Shown: positions 52,821-64,000 of the stretch, piece after piece
Numbering within the stretch: position 1 is the stretch's first letter
Layout of the letters: each line of letters opens with the position of its first letter
From: Candidatus Latescibacterota bacterium
Lineage (GTDB): Bacteria > Latescibacterota > UBA2968 > UBA8231
Length of the DNA: 64,000 nucleotides
Assembly (NCBI GenBank): GCA_965248355.1
Contig: OZ252098.1
Span: 4,128,001 to 4,192,000 of the forward strand
Reading direction: 5' to 3'
Notes under the pieces: generated by a model
Told to the model about the DNA's origin: nothing
The model's input: only the letters and a program-made list of their open reading frames with translations
Databases searched by the model: none
Program-made: the position numbers and the translations under genes

Positions 52821-54758
52821 GTGCGCCGGTCACACCGGCGAGGTGTAAGATGTGAAAGTCATCTGTGTCGAAGGTGTAGCGAACCACGACAGCCCCGAGT
52901 CATGCGTCGGTGCGGGTAACCGTAGTGGCGAAGCGTTGGCAGGGGGAGGTGTAGGTCCGGTATTGAGCCGCGAAAGCCATGAACCACTCCGGGAGGCCGA
53001 GACGGTGGAGGACGAGCGAAGGCCATACCTGACGCTGCGATATCGCGAGCGGTGTCGGGCTCCCGCGCGGTCAGAGACCCGGTGCATGCACCCAAGCACC
53101 TCGTGCGGGAACCGGGAGGTCCCGCGCCTGGCCCGGCCGGATGGCGGCCGGGTCCGCAAAAGGAACCCGTTCAGGGGACACTGGCGATGAACGGGCGCGG
53201 GAAGTCGGACAGCCCCATAGTACCTGCGAAGCCCTCGAACCAAGGCCGCGCGGCTGCGACGCGGCCGGCGGAGGGGGTGGAGGGAAGGGGGGGTTGCCCA
53301 AGGGCAACTCGGGCGAGCCCACCAGGTCCCGGACGCAGAGCCGGTCCGACCTGCAACAAGCGCTTGACCGGGTGCGCCAGGCAGCGGTTCGAGATCGGAA
53401 GGGGCAGTTCACGGCGCTCTGGCACCACGTCTACTGTGTGGATCGTCTCCGGCAGGCCTACTTCGGCCTGAAGCGCAACGCCGCCCCGGGGGTGGACCGC
53501 GTGACGTGGCACAGCTACGGCGAGGATCTGGAGGCGAACCTGACAGATCTGTCGGCGCGGCTGCGACGCGGAGCCTATCGAGCCCGGCCGGTGAGGCGGA
53601 CCTACATCCCGAAAGCGGATGGACGGCCGCGGCCCCTCGGCGTGACCGTGCTGGAGGACAAGATCGTCCAGCGGGCCACCGTGGAGGTGCTCAACGCCGT
53701 GTACGAGGCCGACTTTCTCGGATTCAGCTACGGTTTCCGCCCGGGACGCTCGCCGCACATGGCGCTGGACGCGCTGGCGGTGGGGATCCAGCAGCGGAAG
53801 GTGAACTGGGTGCTGGACGCAGACCTTCGTGGCTGCTTTGACGCCATCGACCACGATTGGCTGATGAAGTTCGTCGAGCACCGGATCCGCGACCGGCGCG
53901 TCCACCGCCACCTGAAGAAGTGGCTGAAGGCGGGCGTGCTGGAAGAGGGGCAGTGGCGGCAGGTGGAGGCGGGCGTGCCTCAGGGGTCCAGTGTAGGCCC
54001 TTTGTTGGCCAACGTCTACCTGCACTACGCCTTCGACCTGTGGGCCCAGGACTGGCGGCGGCGGCACGCGAGCGGGGACGTGGTCCTCGTGCGCTTCGCC
54101 GACGACATCGTCTGTGGGTTTCAGCAACGGTCGGATGCCGAACGCTTCCAAGCCGAGTTTCGCGTACGCCTGGCGAGGTTCGGCCTGGCGGTGAACCCCG
54201 AGAAGACGCGCCGGGTCGAGTTCGGCCGCTTTGCGGCGGCCAATCGACGGCGGCGCGGCGAGGGGAAACCCGAGACCTTCCACTTCCTCGGCTTCACGCA
54301 CAGTTGCGACAAGACGAAGAAGGGGAGGTTCATCGTGCTTCGGCAGACCCAGAAGACGCGCATGCGGCGCAAGCTGAAGGAGGTGAAAGCCGAACTTCGG
54401 CGACGGCTGCATGACCCCGTAGACGACGTAGGAGCGTACCTGCGGAGCGTGGTGGTCGGGCACTTCCGTTACTATGGGGTGCCTCGTAACGGTCCGGCGT
54501 TGAGCTCGTTCCGCCATGCCGCGGTCTGGCTGTGGTGGCGTAGCCTTGCAGCGACGGACCCAGCGTCACCGATCGCATCGCAAGCTCCTGCGGCGTTTCC
54601 GCGTATGGGTCGCGCACTTCATCCCCTCGGCGCATATCCTCCAGCCCTATCCCGAGCAGCGCCTGCGCGTCATGACCCAAGGGAGGAGCCCAGTGCGCTA
54701 ACCGCGCTCGCTGGGATCTGTGGAGGGGGCTGTGGGCAACCATGGTCCCTACTCCGAC
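52821..54758 (+). mobile_element. Group II intron, copy 1 (IIB-like, En-minus)
   Basis: 5' GTGCG; domain V GAGCCCAGTGCG...CGCTGGGATCTG at ~54686; domain VI ending CCCTACTCCGAC at 54758; RT ORF in domain IV. Confidence 0.93.
53187..54701 (+). pseudogene. ltrA: Group II intron reverse transcriptase/maturase with apparent frameshifts
   Basis: APGVD, YIPK.DG..RPLG, SYGFRPGR, VLDAD, GVPQG, RFADD, FLGF; frame breaks at the G7 run ~53287-53293 and at ~54548 (C-terminal PYP in another frame). Confidence 0.88.
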
Positions 54759-55692
54759 TTACGCTTCCGCTTCGATTTCGTCGATGAGTTCCTTGAGACG
54801 AGCATAGTTCGTCCGCATCGCATCGACGGGGGAACCACCGGGGGGACGGAAATGGGTCGCCACCGCCAGCACCGCGTCGCATCGGTAGTCGCGCAATTGA
54901 CGCAGGACCGCTCTGAAATCCACATCCCCATCGCCGATGGGACGGTACTCGAATTGCAGATGCTCACCATCGGCGAGGTGCAGGTCCTTTGATGTGGAGC
55001 CCGTGCAGATATGGCCGCACATTGTCGAAACCGGCAGAGGTCACATCCGCCTCGCCGCAGTTGAGGTTGTCGGCCGGACCCCACATGACCTTGATTCTCG
55101 GTGAGCCGACGCTTTCCGCAACGCGCCGGAAGTTCCCGGTCGTGTTGGTGTAATTCCAGGGCATCATGGAGAGGGCAACATCGACGTCGTATTTCTCGGC
55201 TTGCTCCACGACCAGCGAGAACGCCTTCACCAGTTTCTCCATATCCGCATCGGCGATGATGCCACCGCGGGTGTGCCAGCGCATCGGCCAAGTGGGCTTG
55301 CCGCCGCCGTACTCCCCGGGCCAGGCAAAGGTGAACGAACAGACAGCGCCGACTCCCAGGCGGGAGGCGATCTGCATCGCGCGGACCAGATTGTCGAAGT
55401 CACAGCGGAATTCCGGATGCTCCTGCATCCCATCCAGGTCGAGCTCGGTCAGGTGCACCTTCTTGAACGAGTTTTCCGCCGCTATGAGGTGGAGCTTGAG
55501 GCCGTGGTTGGACACGCGGGCAGCCATGTCGTCTACCTGGGCATCGGTCATTTCGGCGATCGGGGTCTCATCGCGCAAGCGCGGGAACCAGACGTACTCG
55601 GCACCGATATCCTTCGCCGTAGCCAGGGCCTGGTCAAAGGGCAGGTCCAATTCGGGTAAGTACATGCCGAGCTTGAACCGGTAATCTGCCAT
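54759..55692 (-). pseudogene. Sugar phosphate isomerase/epimerase (xylose-isomerase-like TIM barrel) with a 1-nt frameshift
   Basis: AGGAGG RBS; LHIK / DLH broken at ~54988; IGDGDVDF in the second frame; stop TAA at 54759 abuts the intron 3' end. Confidence 0.8.
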
Positions 55693-55811
55693 CAGTTACC
55701 TCCTGAACGTAGTGGGTGAAGACGCCGATCAGGTCGCAATTGCTCCCTCCTGTTCAAGCTAGCGTTTGAAATTGAATCGCCCCGAGTTTTCCGGAGACTC
55801 GGTTGTTTGAG

Positions 55812-57034
<1,223 letters not shown>

Positions 57035-57257
57035 GACTCCAATCCTCTCAAGAAATGGAGCCTCCGGCAACCCCGGGGCGGTTCACTCGACGGGAGGCGA
57101 GGGTTTTGGTGACTTCGCCTCTCACGAGGGTCAGTTGATCCTCAACCGGGATCGCACCTGGCCGCGGGCGGGAATGCGCCTACGGCCGCGAGGGGACTGA
57201 GCCTCGATCGGAGGCGAGGGCTTCGGCTCTCGCCTCTTTCTTGTTCTGCCCACGGAC

Positions 57258-57468
57258 CGACAGACCGATACGAGTGCAGAGCTTGCTGTGAGGGCTTTGT
57301 GCAGGGAAGTTGGATTGGCCTATCGGATCAGCAACCGTGACCTTCCTGGAAGCCCAGACATAGCCAACCGATCCAAGAAATGGGCGATCTTCGTCAACGG
57401 ATGTTTCTGGCATGCCCACCGGAACTGCCGTCGCCTTGCCCCGGGCCGCGACCACACGCCAAGGACTA
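57258..57468 (+). pseudogene. Vsr (very short patch repair) endonuclease fragment
   Basis: RQTDTSAELAVR, LPGSPDI, IFVNGCFWH; cut by ISAzo13. Confidence 0.7.
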
Positions 57469-58766
57469 AGGCTTTGTCCCGAAACAGATGATTCACTTCA
57501 ACCCTCAGTGGCCGGCCGGATCGTGTAGTTCCAATCCCCGTGGAACGCATGGGGCGAGAGATGGATCCGCTCCATTTGCTCGTCCTTGACGACCACGGCC
57601 TTGGGATACGCTCGCTTGTCGATCTCGGCGCGCACGCGAAGCCCTTTCTTCGTTGTCGTCCGGCCGATCAGGTTGACTACCGTGGCCAGACTGACCAGAG
57701 GTTGGCCTCGCCAGTTCATGGCGATATAGGAGAACAGGCGATGCTCGATGCGGTTCCACTTGCTCGTGCCCGGAGGATAGTGGCAGACCGTGATCGTCAG
57801 GCCCGTGCGATCGGCCAAGCGCTGCCATTCCCATTTCCACAGCCGCAGTCTCGGACCGTTGCGGCCCCCCGCATCGGCCGTGATCCACAGGTGCGAGGCC
57901 GCCGGGTAGGCCGGACGACCCATGCGTTTCCACCAGCTGCGGATGGCGTTCACCGCGAAGTGGGCGGTGTCGTGGTCGACGCCGACGCTGACCCAGCCCT
58001 CGTTGCGGCCCAGGTCGTAGACCCCGTAGGGAATCGCCTGGCCCTGGGCCGGGATGATGAAGTCGTGGACCTTCACGCGCTCCGGCTCGCCCTTCGGACG
58101 CCATTGGCGACCCACGTTCTTGAAGTCGCCGATCAGCTCCTTCTTCTTGGTGTCCACCGAAATGACCGGCTGGCCTTGGGCCTGGGCCCTTCGGACCTGG
58201 TCGTGGAGGTAGTGAAACGGGGCGTCCCGATCCGGGTGTTGCGTGCCTTCTTTCGTCTTGCGATTCGCCTGCAGCGTGTAGCCGAGCTCGTGCAACAGTC
58301 CGTGGACGAGGCCAGGACTCACCGAATGGCCCAGGGCCTGCAACTCGACCGCCAACTTGCGGACGCTCTTCGACGTCCATCGCAAGGGGCTGTCGTCCGG
58401 CGCCCCGGCGGTGACCGGCTCGAGCAGGGCGTTGAGGTCCGACAACAGCGTCACGTCGGTGTCGACGCGCCGCTTGCGGCCGCCGCCCGGCCGACGCACA
58501 CGGCCGGAGTCCAACGGGGCGTCCGACCGCAGTTCCTGCAGGCCGCGAGCGATCCGGGTCCGCGACAGGCCCGTCGCACGGGCCACCACCGCAATGCCGC
58601 CATGTCCCAGGGCTTGCGCCTCCGACGCGGCCCACAAGCGTCGCGTGCGCTCGTTCAACACCGGCGTCAAGGCTTCGTATTTCGCCCGCAGGGTGCTTTC
58701 CGTGTCCACCCGTCAAGGATAACACCTTTCTATCAGAAAGAACAGCGTTTATTTCTGCGCAGTGCC
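57469..58766 (-). mobile_element. ISAzo13 family insertion sequence
   Basis: Imperfect TIRs GGCTTTGTCCCGAAAC / GGCACTGCGCAGAAAT, flanked by TAA on both sides. Confidence 0.8.
57498..58709 (-). CDS. ISAzo13 transposase
   Basis: LNERTRRLWAA, RRPGGGRK, ISVDTKKKE, YPPGTSKWNRIEHRLFS, FHGDWNY. Confidence 0.92.
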   Translation of the reverse strand: MDTESTLRAKYEALTPVLNERTRRLWAASEAQALGHGGIAVVARATGLSRTRIARGLQELRSDAPLDSGRVRRPGGGRKRRVDTDVTLLSDLNALLEPVTAGAPDDSPLRWTSKSVRKLAVELQALGHSVSPGLVHGLLHELGYTLQANRKTKEGTQHPDRDAPFHYLHDQVRRAQAQGQPVISVDTKKKELIGDFKNVGRQWRPKGEPERVKVHDFIIPAQGQAIPYGVYDLGRNEGWVSVGVDHDTAHFAVNAIRSWWKRMGRPAYPAASHLWITADAGGRNGPRLRLWKWEWQRLADRTGLTITVCHYPPGTSKWNRIEHRLFSYIAMNWRGQPLVSLATVVNLIGRTTTKKGLRVRAEIDKRAYPKAVVVKDEQMERIHLSPHAFHGDWNYTIRPATEG

Positions 58767-59014
58767 TAAGTGGTTGATTGCGTTACGTGGTCCGGCAGCG
58801 GTGACCCGACGAAGATGATGTCGACATCGCTGCCCAGGAGATCCTCGAACCGGGTATAGGCCTGGGGAATATTGTACCTGTCGGCGATGGGCCGAACGGT
58901 CTCTTCGTGGCGGGTGCAGAACGCCGCCACCTCCGTCTCCGGCATCACCCTGAAACACTGGAGTGCCCCTTCCCCGCGCTTGCCCACGAATCCGACCTTG
59001 AGTGGCAGGTTCAT
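58766..59014 (-). pseudogene. Gfo/Idh/MocA oxidoreductase truncated by ISAzo13
   Basis: ATG coupled to upstream TGA; LKVGFVG, DVDIIFVGSP.P.H then ends at the IS end. Confidence 0.75.
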
Positions 59015-60048
59015 CAGACGTTGTCTCCAAACTGTTCGATGCTGGCCGGCAACTCGCCATCGGGCAGGTAGAAGTCCGCGCTCAAATCTACGGCGACCGG
59101 CTGATTGGTCTGCATCGCTTCCACCGCTTTTTCGACGATGAGCGTGGGGATGCAGGCTTCCCAAACATCCATGGGGCTTTCACCACCGTCAAGGCAGTAC
59201 TTCGCAAACATCTCCATCTCTTCATCGAAGCCGTTGTGATAGGCATTCTCTTCGATGCCAGGCTCATCGGTTCCCTGGAAGATGAGATTGCCAAAGCGGA
59301 CGGTCGCGGCGCTGATCGGTCCGGCCATGACCTCGGCGTAATGCTTGGGCAGATATCCACCCTGGCCGACGACGCCGTACACGGAGGTGGCGAGCCCGCC
59401 GTTGGCGAAACGGATATTGATAGTGCTGGTGTTGCTCGGTTCACCACCGTACCCCATGGCGTTGATTTCGACCGGCTGTGAACGCATGACATGCCAGATC
59501 CAGTGGAGGTTGTAACCGGCCGCATCGAGTACGCCATTGCACCCCAGGGGCCCCTCGGGATCATTCGGTTTGGCGTTCTCGTAGCGCGTGCTCGAGAGTC
59601 GGCACAGGAACAGGACGAAATACGGTTGAGGGATGACCTCGCGCAGTCGTTTGGTAACCGGTGAGTGTTTGAACCACCAGCCACCCATGAGCTTGACTCC
59701 TGACTCGTGGACGGCCTGCTGCAGACGCCGGGCTTCGTCGAGGGTGATGGCCAACGGTTTCTCGGCGTAGATGTGCTTGCCGGCGGCGCAGGCGTCGATC
59801 GCTATCTCGGCGTGGGTATCGTGAGTCGAGAAGATGAGGACCGCATCGATGGAATCGTCCGCGAGGACGCGCTCCATGTCGGTGGTGTGGTAGGAGGCGC
59901 CGTACTCCTCCGCACGACGTCGAGCAGCCTCTTCCGAGATGTCCATGGTGGCGACCAGGTGCATGTCGGGTGACTCGAGCACCCTTGGCAGGTGGGCGCC
60001 GCTTATTCCGCCGCAGCCGATGGCGGCCACATTGAGACGGGTGGTCAT
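59014..60048 (-). CDS. Gfo/Idh/MocA family oxidoreductase
   Basis: IGCGGI, IDAVLI, AGKHIYAEKP; GGAG RBS at 60057-60054. Confidence 0.9.
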   Translation of the reverse strand: MTTRLNVAAIGCGGISGAHLPRVLESPDMHLVATMDISEEAARRRAEEYGASYHTTDMERVLADDSIDAVLIFSTHDTHAEIAIDACAAGKHIYAEKPLAITLDEARRLQQAVHESGVKLMGGWWFKHSPVTKRLREVIPQPYFVLFLCRLSSTRYENAKPNDPEGPLGCNGVLDAAGYNLHWIWHVMRSQPVEINAMGYGGEPSNTSTINIRFANGGLATSVYGVVGQGGYLPKHYAEVMAGPISAATVRFGNLIFQGTDEPGIEENAYHNGFDEEMEMFAKYCLDGGESPMDVWEACIPTLIVEKAVEAMQTNQPVAVDLSADFYLPDGELPASIEQFGDNV

Positions 60049-60189
60049 GACAGCTCCGTGCGCCGGCTAAACCGGCGAGGTGTAAGATGTGAGAGTCATC
60101 TGTGTCGAAGGTGTAGCGAACCACGACAGCCCCGAGTCATGCGTCGCGTCGGGTAACCGACGAGGCGAAGCGTTGGCAGGGGGAGGTGT

Positions 60190-61585
60190 GAGGTCGTGTC
60201 AAAAGGTGTGTAAACGAGATCAGGCGGCCCTCTTGTTCCCTTCCCTGGTAGAGGCGTCCTCTTGGATCGGTTTTCCGTCCTGGTATCTCCGACCGGCGTA
60301 GACCGCCGGCAGGAGCTCGGGCGCGTTGAGCTTGCGGAATCGTGTCTCGGCCACCCTCAGCAGGCGCCAGATGAGGGCGGTGGCCCCCTGGACTCGCTTG
60401 TAGCGCTTGCCCGCGTTGGTCCGCAGACGGACCGAGGCAAAGGGGCTCTCCACCGGGTTCGTCGTTCGCAGATGTTTCCAGTGCGCCTCCGGGAAATCGT
60501 AAAACGTGACCATGCGATCCCAGTCGCGCTCGAGGGTGGCCGCCGCGGCCGGATAGGCCTCGCCGTAGCGAGCCACGAAGCGATCGCGTCGTCTCTGGGC
60601 TTGCTGACGGGTCTTGGCCGTGGGGATCTGCGTCAGCAGCGCCCGGGCGGCGCCCTGCACGCGCTTGGGCAGGTCGTCGAGGACGTTGAGGATCTTGTGA
60701 TTCCAGCAGCGCTGCTGCGCGGCCTCGGGCCAGACCTGGTCGACGGCGCTCCAGATCGGCAGGCCGCCATCGGCCAGCATCAGGCGCGGCGCCGGCAGCC
60801 CGCGGTCGCGAAGATCGCGCAGCACGGCTCGCCACGACTCGGTGGACTCGCGATGGCCGGGCCGTATCGCCAGGATCTCCTTGCGGCCGTCGCTCAGGGC
60901 CCCGATGACGACCAGCAACGCCGCCTTGTCCTTCTCCAGGCCGGCCTTCACGTAGATGCCGTCGGCCCAGGCGTAGACCAACTCCCGGTCGTCCAGGCGC
61001 CGCTGCTGCCAGGTCTCGAACTGCTCTTCCCAGGTGGCCCGCAGACGGGCGATGGACGAGGGCGACAGAGGCGCCCCGTCGCCCAGCAGGCCCCGCAAGG
61101 CCAGCTCGAAGTCGCCCTGCGACAGCCCGTGCAGGTAGAGTTCGGGCAGCAGCCGGGTCACCTCCTGCGTGCGTCGCTGGAACAGCGGCAGGATGCGGCT
61201 CTCAAAGCGCTCCTCCAGGCCTCGAATCCGCGGCCGTCTCACCTCGATGGGGCCCGACATCAGCGCCAGCCGCCGCGGCTTGCCGTAGCCGTTGCGCGAG
61301 CCCGGGGCGTCCACCGCCGACCGGCGCGCATACCGCGTACGCCCGAGCGCTTCGGTCACCTCCTCCTCCAGGATCCGCTGCAGCAGGTCCTGGATCCAGC
61401 CCCGGACCCATCCTTCCAAGGTCTCCCAGGTGGGCATGGACGCGCGGGGGATCTCCAACATAGATTCCTTCACGGCGACTCTCTCCTTCCAAGCCCGGCG
61501 TCATCCGGGCGGTTTGTGGTGTGCTGCTAAAATAGGAAGGGTAGGGTCGCCTTTTCTCTTTTTCCACACCTTTCGATAGTAACTC
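60190..61585 (-). mobile_element. IS256 family insertion sequence
   Basis: Imperfect TIRs GAGGTCGTGTCAAAAGGTGTG / GAGTTACTATCGAAAGGTGTG; 8-bp target duplication GGAGGTGT (60182-60189, 61586-61593). Confidence 0.92.
60220..61473 (-). CDS. IS256 (Mutator-like) transposase
   Basis: RNGY, LYLHGLS.GDF, WADGIY, QRCWNHK, LRTTNPVES. Confidence 0.93.
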   Translation of the reverse strand: MKESMLEIPRASMPTWETLEGWVRGWIQDLLQRILEEEVTEALGRTRYARRSAVDAPGSRNGYGKPRRLALMSGPIEVRRPRIRGLEERFESRILPLFQRRTQEVTRLLPELYLHGLSQGDFELALRGLLGDGAPLSPSSIARLRATWEEQFETWQQRRLDDRELVYAWADGIYVKAGLEKDKAALLVVIGALSDGRKEILAIRPGHRESTESWRAVLRDLRDRGLPAPRLMLADGGLPIWSAVDQVWPEAAQQRCWNHKILNVLDDLPKRVQGAARALLTQIPTAKTRQQAQRRRDRFVARYGEAYPAAAATLERDWDRMVTFYDFPEAHWKHLRTTNPVESPFASVRLRTNAGKRYKRVQGATALIWRLLRVAETRFRKLNAPELLPAVYAGRRYQDGKPIQEDASTREGNKRAA

Positions 61586-62030
61586 GGAGGTGTAGGTCCG
61601 GTATTGAGCCGCGAAAGACATGAACCACTCCAGGGGGCCGAGACGCTGGAGACCGAACGAAGGCCATATCCGGCGCCGCGATATCGCGAGTGGCGCTGGG
61701 CCCCTGCGCGGTCAGAGACCCGGAGCATGCACCCAAGCACCTCGTGCGGGAGCCGGGAGGTCCCGCGTCTGGCCCCGGTCGATGGCGACGGGGTCCGCAA
61801 AGGGAACCCGAATAGGGGATACCGGCGATGAACGGGCGCGGGAAGTCGGACTGCTCCGCAGTACCTGCGAGCCGGAAGTGTACCCCGTCAACTGGACAGG
61901 AATTGGGCTTGTACAAGCGAGAGTCTCGAGATGTAATGGAGCCGTACTGCGCCCCGGCGCTGGGACCGAAGCCCCGCCTCCCGGACTTGCACCCAGGCCG
62001 GGCCACCGAGGCCGTGAGGAGCCCCCGCGC

Positions 62031-62858
62031 TCAGGCCGCCCGGTGGTAGACATCGCTGGGGGTCTCGTAGTCGAAGGCCTGGTGCGGCCGCTCGAGGTTG
62101 TAGAAGCGGAAGTAGGCCGCCACGCCCTCGATCAACTCGGGGACGCTGTCGTAGGCCTTCAGGTAGATGTCCTCGTACTTCAGGGAGCGCCACAGCCGCT
62201 CGATGAAGATGTTGTCCAGCACCCGGCCGCGGCCGTCCATGCTCACCCGGGCCCCGGCCGCCTCGACCCGCCCGGTGAAGGCGGTGCTGGTGAACTGGGC
62301 CCCCTGGTCGGTGTTGAAGATCTCCGGCCGCCCCTGGCTCAGGGCTTCCTCCAGGGCCTCCAGGCAGAAGGCCGCGTCGAGGGTGTTGGAGACCCGCCAG
62401 GCCAGCACGTAGCGGCTGAACCAGTCCATGACCGCCACCAGGTAGACGAAGCCGGAGGGCATCGGCAGATAGGTGATGTCGCTGCACCACACCTGGTCCG
62501 GCCGGTTCACGGTCACCCCTCGCAGCAGATACGGATAGACCCGGTGCTGAGGGTTGGGGGTAGTCGGTCGCGGCCGGGGATAGATCGCCTGCAGGCCCAG
62601 GGCCTTCATCAGGCGGTGCACGCGCTTGGGATTGACCGGGTAGCCGTCCCGCCTCAGGGCCGCGCAGATCCGGCGCACGCCGTAGACCGGGTGCTCGGTG
62701 TAGATCCGGTCGATGGCGTTCATCAGGTCGAGGGTGAGCCGATCCGGCGCCTCCGGGCGGTAGTAGAAACTGGAGCGGGCCAGCCCGAGCAGTTGGCACT
62801 GCCGATGCACGCTCAGCGGGCCGGGGTGCGGCTCGATGAGGGCGCGGCGCTCAGCCAC
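62031..62858 (-). CDS. IS3 transposase OrfB
   Basis: [38 protein letters not shown]. Confidence 0.92.
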   Translation of the reverse strand: MAERRALIEPHPGPLSVHRQCQLLGLARSSFYYRPEAPDRLTLDLMNAIDRIYTEHPVYGVRRICAALRRDGYPVNPKRVHRLMKALGLQAIYPRPRPTTPNPQHRVYPYLLRGVTVNRPDQVWCSDITYLPMPSGFVYLVAVMDWFSRYVLAWRVSNTLDAAFCLEALEEALSQGRPEIFNTDQGAQFTSTAFTGRVEAAGARVSMDGRGRVLDNIFIERLWRSLKYEDIYLKAYDSVPELIEGVAAYFRFYNLERPHQAFDYETPSDVYHRAA

Positions 62859-63144
62859 CGAGAGCCTCGTGTTTTTTTTGAAGCCACTCCAGTTCCATCT
62901 GCAGCCGCCCGATCTGCTGGTAGAGCTCGGGCACCAAGGCGGCCTCGTCGTCGGCCCGGCGGGTCCCGGGGCCCCGGAAGACCTCGGGCAGCCGCTCCAG
63001 CAACTGCTTCTTCCAGCCGTGGATCTGGCTGGGGTGGACGGAGAACTTGTGGGCCAGCTCGTTGACTGTCTGCCGTTCGCGCAGAGCCTCCAAGGCCACC
63101 TTGGCCTTGAACTGCGCCGAATGCGTCTTGCGTTTCCTCGTCAT
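62851..63144 (-). CDS. IS3 transposase OrfA
   Basis: [34 protein letters not shown]. Confidence 0.92.
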   Translation of the reverse strand: MTRKRKTHSAQFKAKVALEALRERQTVNELAHKFSVHPSQIHGWKKQLLERLPEVFRGPGTRRADDEAALVPELYQQIGRLQMELEWLQKKHEALGG

Positions 63145-63222
63145 CCAAGCCCCTCCGGACAGTGGGTCGGTGGACGCAAAGTCTCGCTTAGCCACCTGTC
63201 CAGGATTTGGGGTACACTACCG

Positions 63223-64000
63223 CCCTCGAACAACGGCGGCGTGGCTGTCACGGCGCCGGCGGAGGGGGTGGAGGGAAGGGGGCAGCCCAAGGGCAACTCG
63301 GGGGAGCAAACCAGGTCCCGGGCGCAGATCCGGAGCGACCTGCAACATGCGCTCGACCGGGTACGTCAGGCAGCGGAACGTGATAGGGAACAGCAGTTTG
63401 CGGCGCTCTGGCACCACGTCTACCACGTTGACCGACTTCGGGAGGCCTACCTCGGCCTCAGGCGCAAGGCCGCACCGGGGGTGGACGGCGTGACGTGGCA
63501 CAGCTACGGGAAGGATCTGGAGGCGAACCTGACAGATCTCTCGTTGCGGCTGCAACGCGGAGCGTACCGAGCCAAGCCGGTGAAGCGGACCTACATCCCG
63601 AAGGAGGATGGACGGCAGCGGCCCCTCGGCGTGACCGTGCTGGAAGACAAGATCGTCCAGCGCGCCACCGTGGAGGTGCTCAACGCCGTGTACGAGGTCG
63701 ACTTTCTCGGTTTCAGCTATGGTTTCCGCCCGGACCGCTCGCCGCACATGGCGCTGGACGCGCTGGCGGTGGGCATCCAGCAGCGGAAGGTGAACTGGGT
63801 GATCGACGCGGACATTCGAGGTTGCTACAATGCCATCGACCACGAGTGGCTGATGAGGTTCGTCGAGCACCGGGTGAGCGACCGGCAGGTCCGGCGGCAC
63901 ATCAAGAAGTGGCTGAACGCCGGGGTGCTGGAAGAAGGGGAGTGGCGGCGAGCGGAGGAAGGTGTGCCGCAGGGCTCCAGTGTCGGGCCCTTGCTGGCCA
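63223..64000 (+). CDS. ltrA: Group II intron RT/maturase of copy 2, partial (5' part cut by IS3; runs off the window)
   Basis: APGVDG, YIPKEDG.QRPLG, SYGFRP, VIDADI, GVPQG. Confidence 0.88.

Larger units (their letters stand above)
61874..63221 (-). mobile_element. IS3 family insertion sequence
   Basis: TIRs GGAAGTGTACCCC...CTGGACAGG / GGTAGTGTACCCC...CTGGACAGG; 3-bp duplication GCC (61871-61873, 63222-63224). Confidence 0.9.
60058..64000 (+). mobile_element. Group II intron, copy 2 (3'-partial), interrupted by IS256 and IS3 elements
   Basis: GTGCG at 60058; segments 60058-60189, 61586-61873 and 63222-64000 are colinear with and similar, but not identical, to copy 1. Confidence 0.92.

Noticed and set aside
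53187..54701. RT as retron, DGR or defence RT
   Set aside because: Flanked by GTGCG, domain V and domain VI, with a maturase domain; an ordinary intron-encoded protein
60182..60189. GGAGGTGT (IS256 target) as the intron EBS1
   Set aside because: It can pair with the downstream GCACCTC as a domain I stem; the loop at 53007/61648 fits EBS1 position and tracks the exon ends better

Overview
High-GC bacterial chromosomal window. The gene mix (PorV-like barrel, group II GGGP synthase, many Gfo/Idh/MocA, PhyH and GH-like genes) suggests an FCB-superphylum lineage such as Latescibacterota/Gemmatimonadota; this is inference only. 1-52.8 kb is mostly core and metabolic: a peptide ABC transporter; an uncharacterised 8-gene GlmL-like ATPase/membrane-protein operon; lysA; tadA-tRNA(Ser,Ser,Ala)-large SRP RNA-dnaX-recR-pgsA-pgpA-recA-recX-alaS-GGGPS-ptsH-ptsI-metK; ppk2; a multiply deleted clpB pseudogene; degP; hemH; a Rieske/cytochrome b/pentaheme cytochrome c operon; and catabolic genes. 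52.8-64 kb is a mobile island with two related group II introns in direct orientation (the second invaded by IS256 and IS3 elements) bracketing lower-GC cargo genes plus IS3 and ISAzo13 elements. The most striking signal is that both introns sit after CTCC (antisense Shine-Dalgarno), carry a matching GGAG(G) candidate EBS1, and delimit the cargo exactly from an RBS to a stop codon. This suggests intron-mediated capture of promoterless gene cassettes. All calls come from reading the sequence; no database searches were run.
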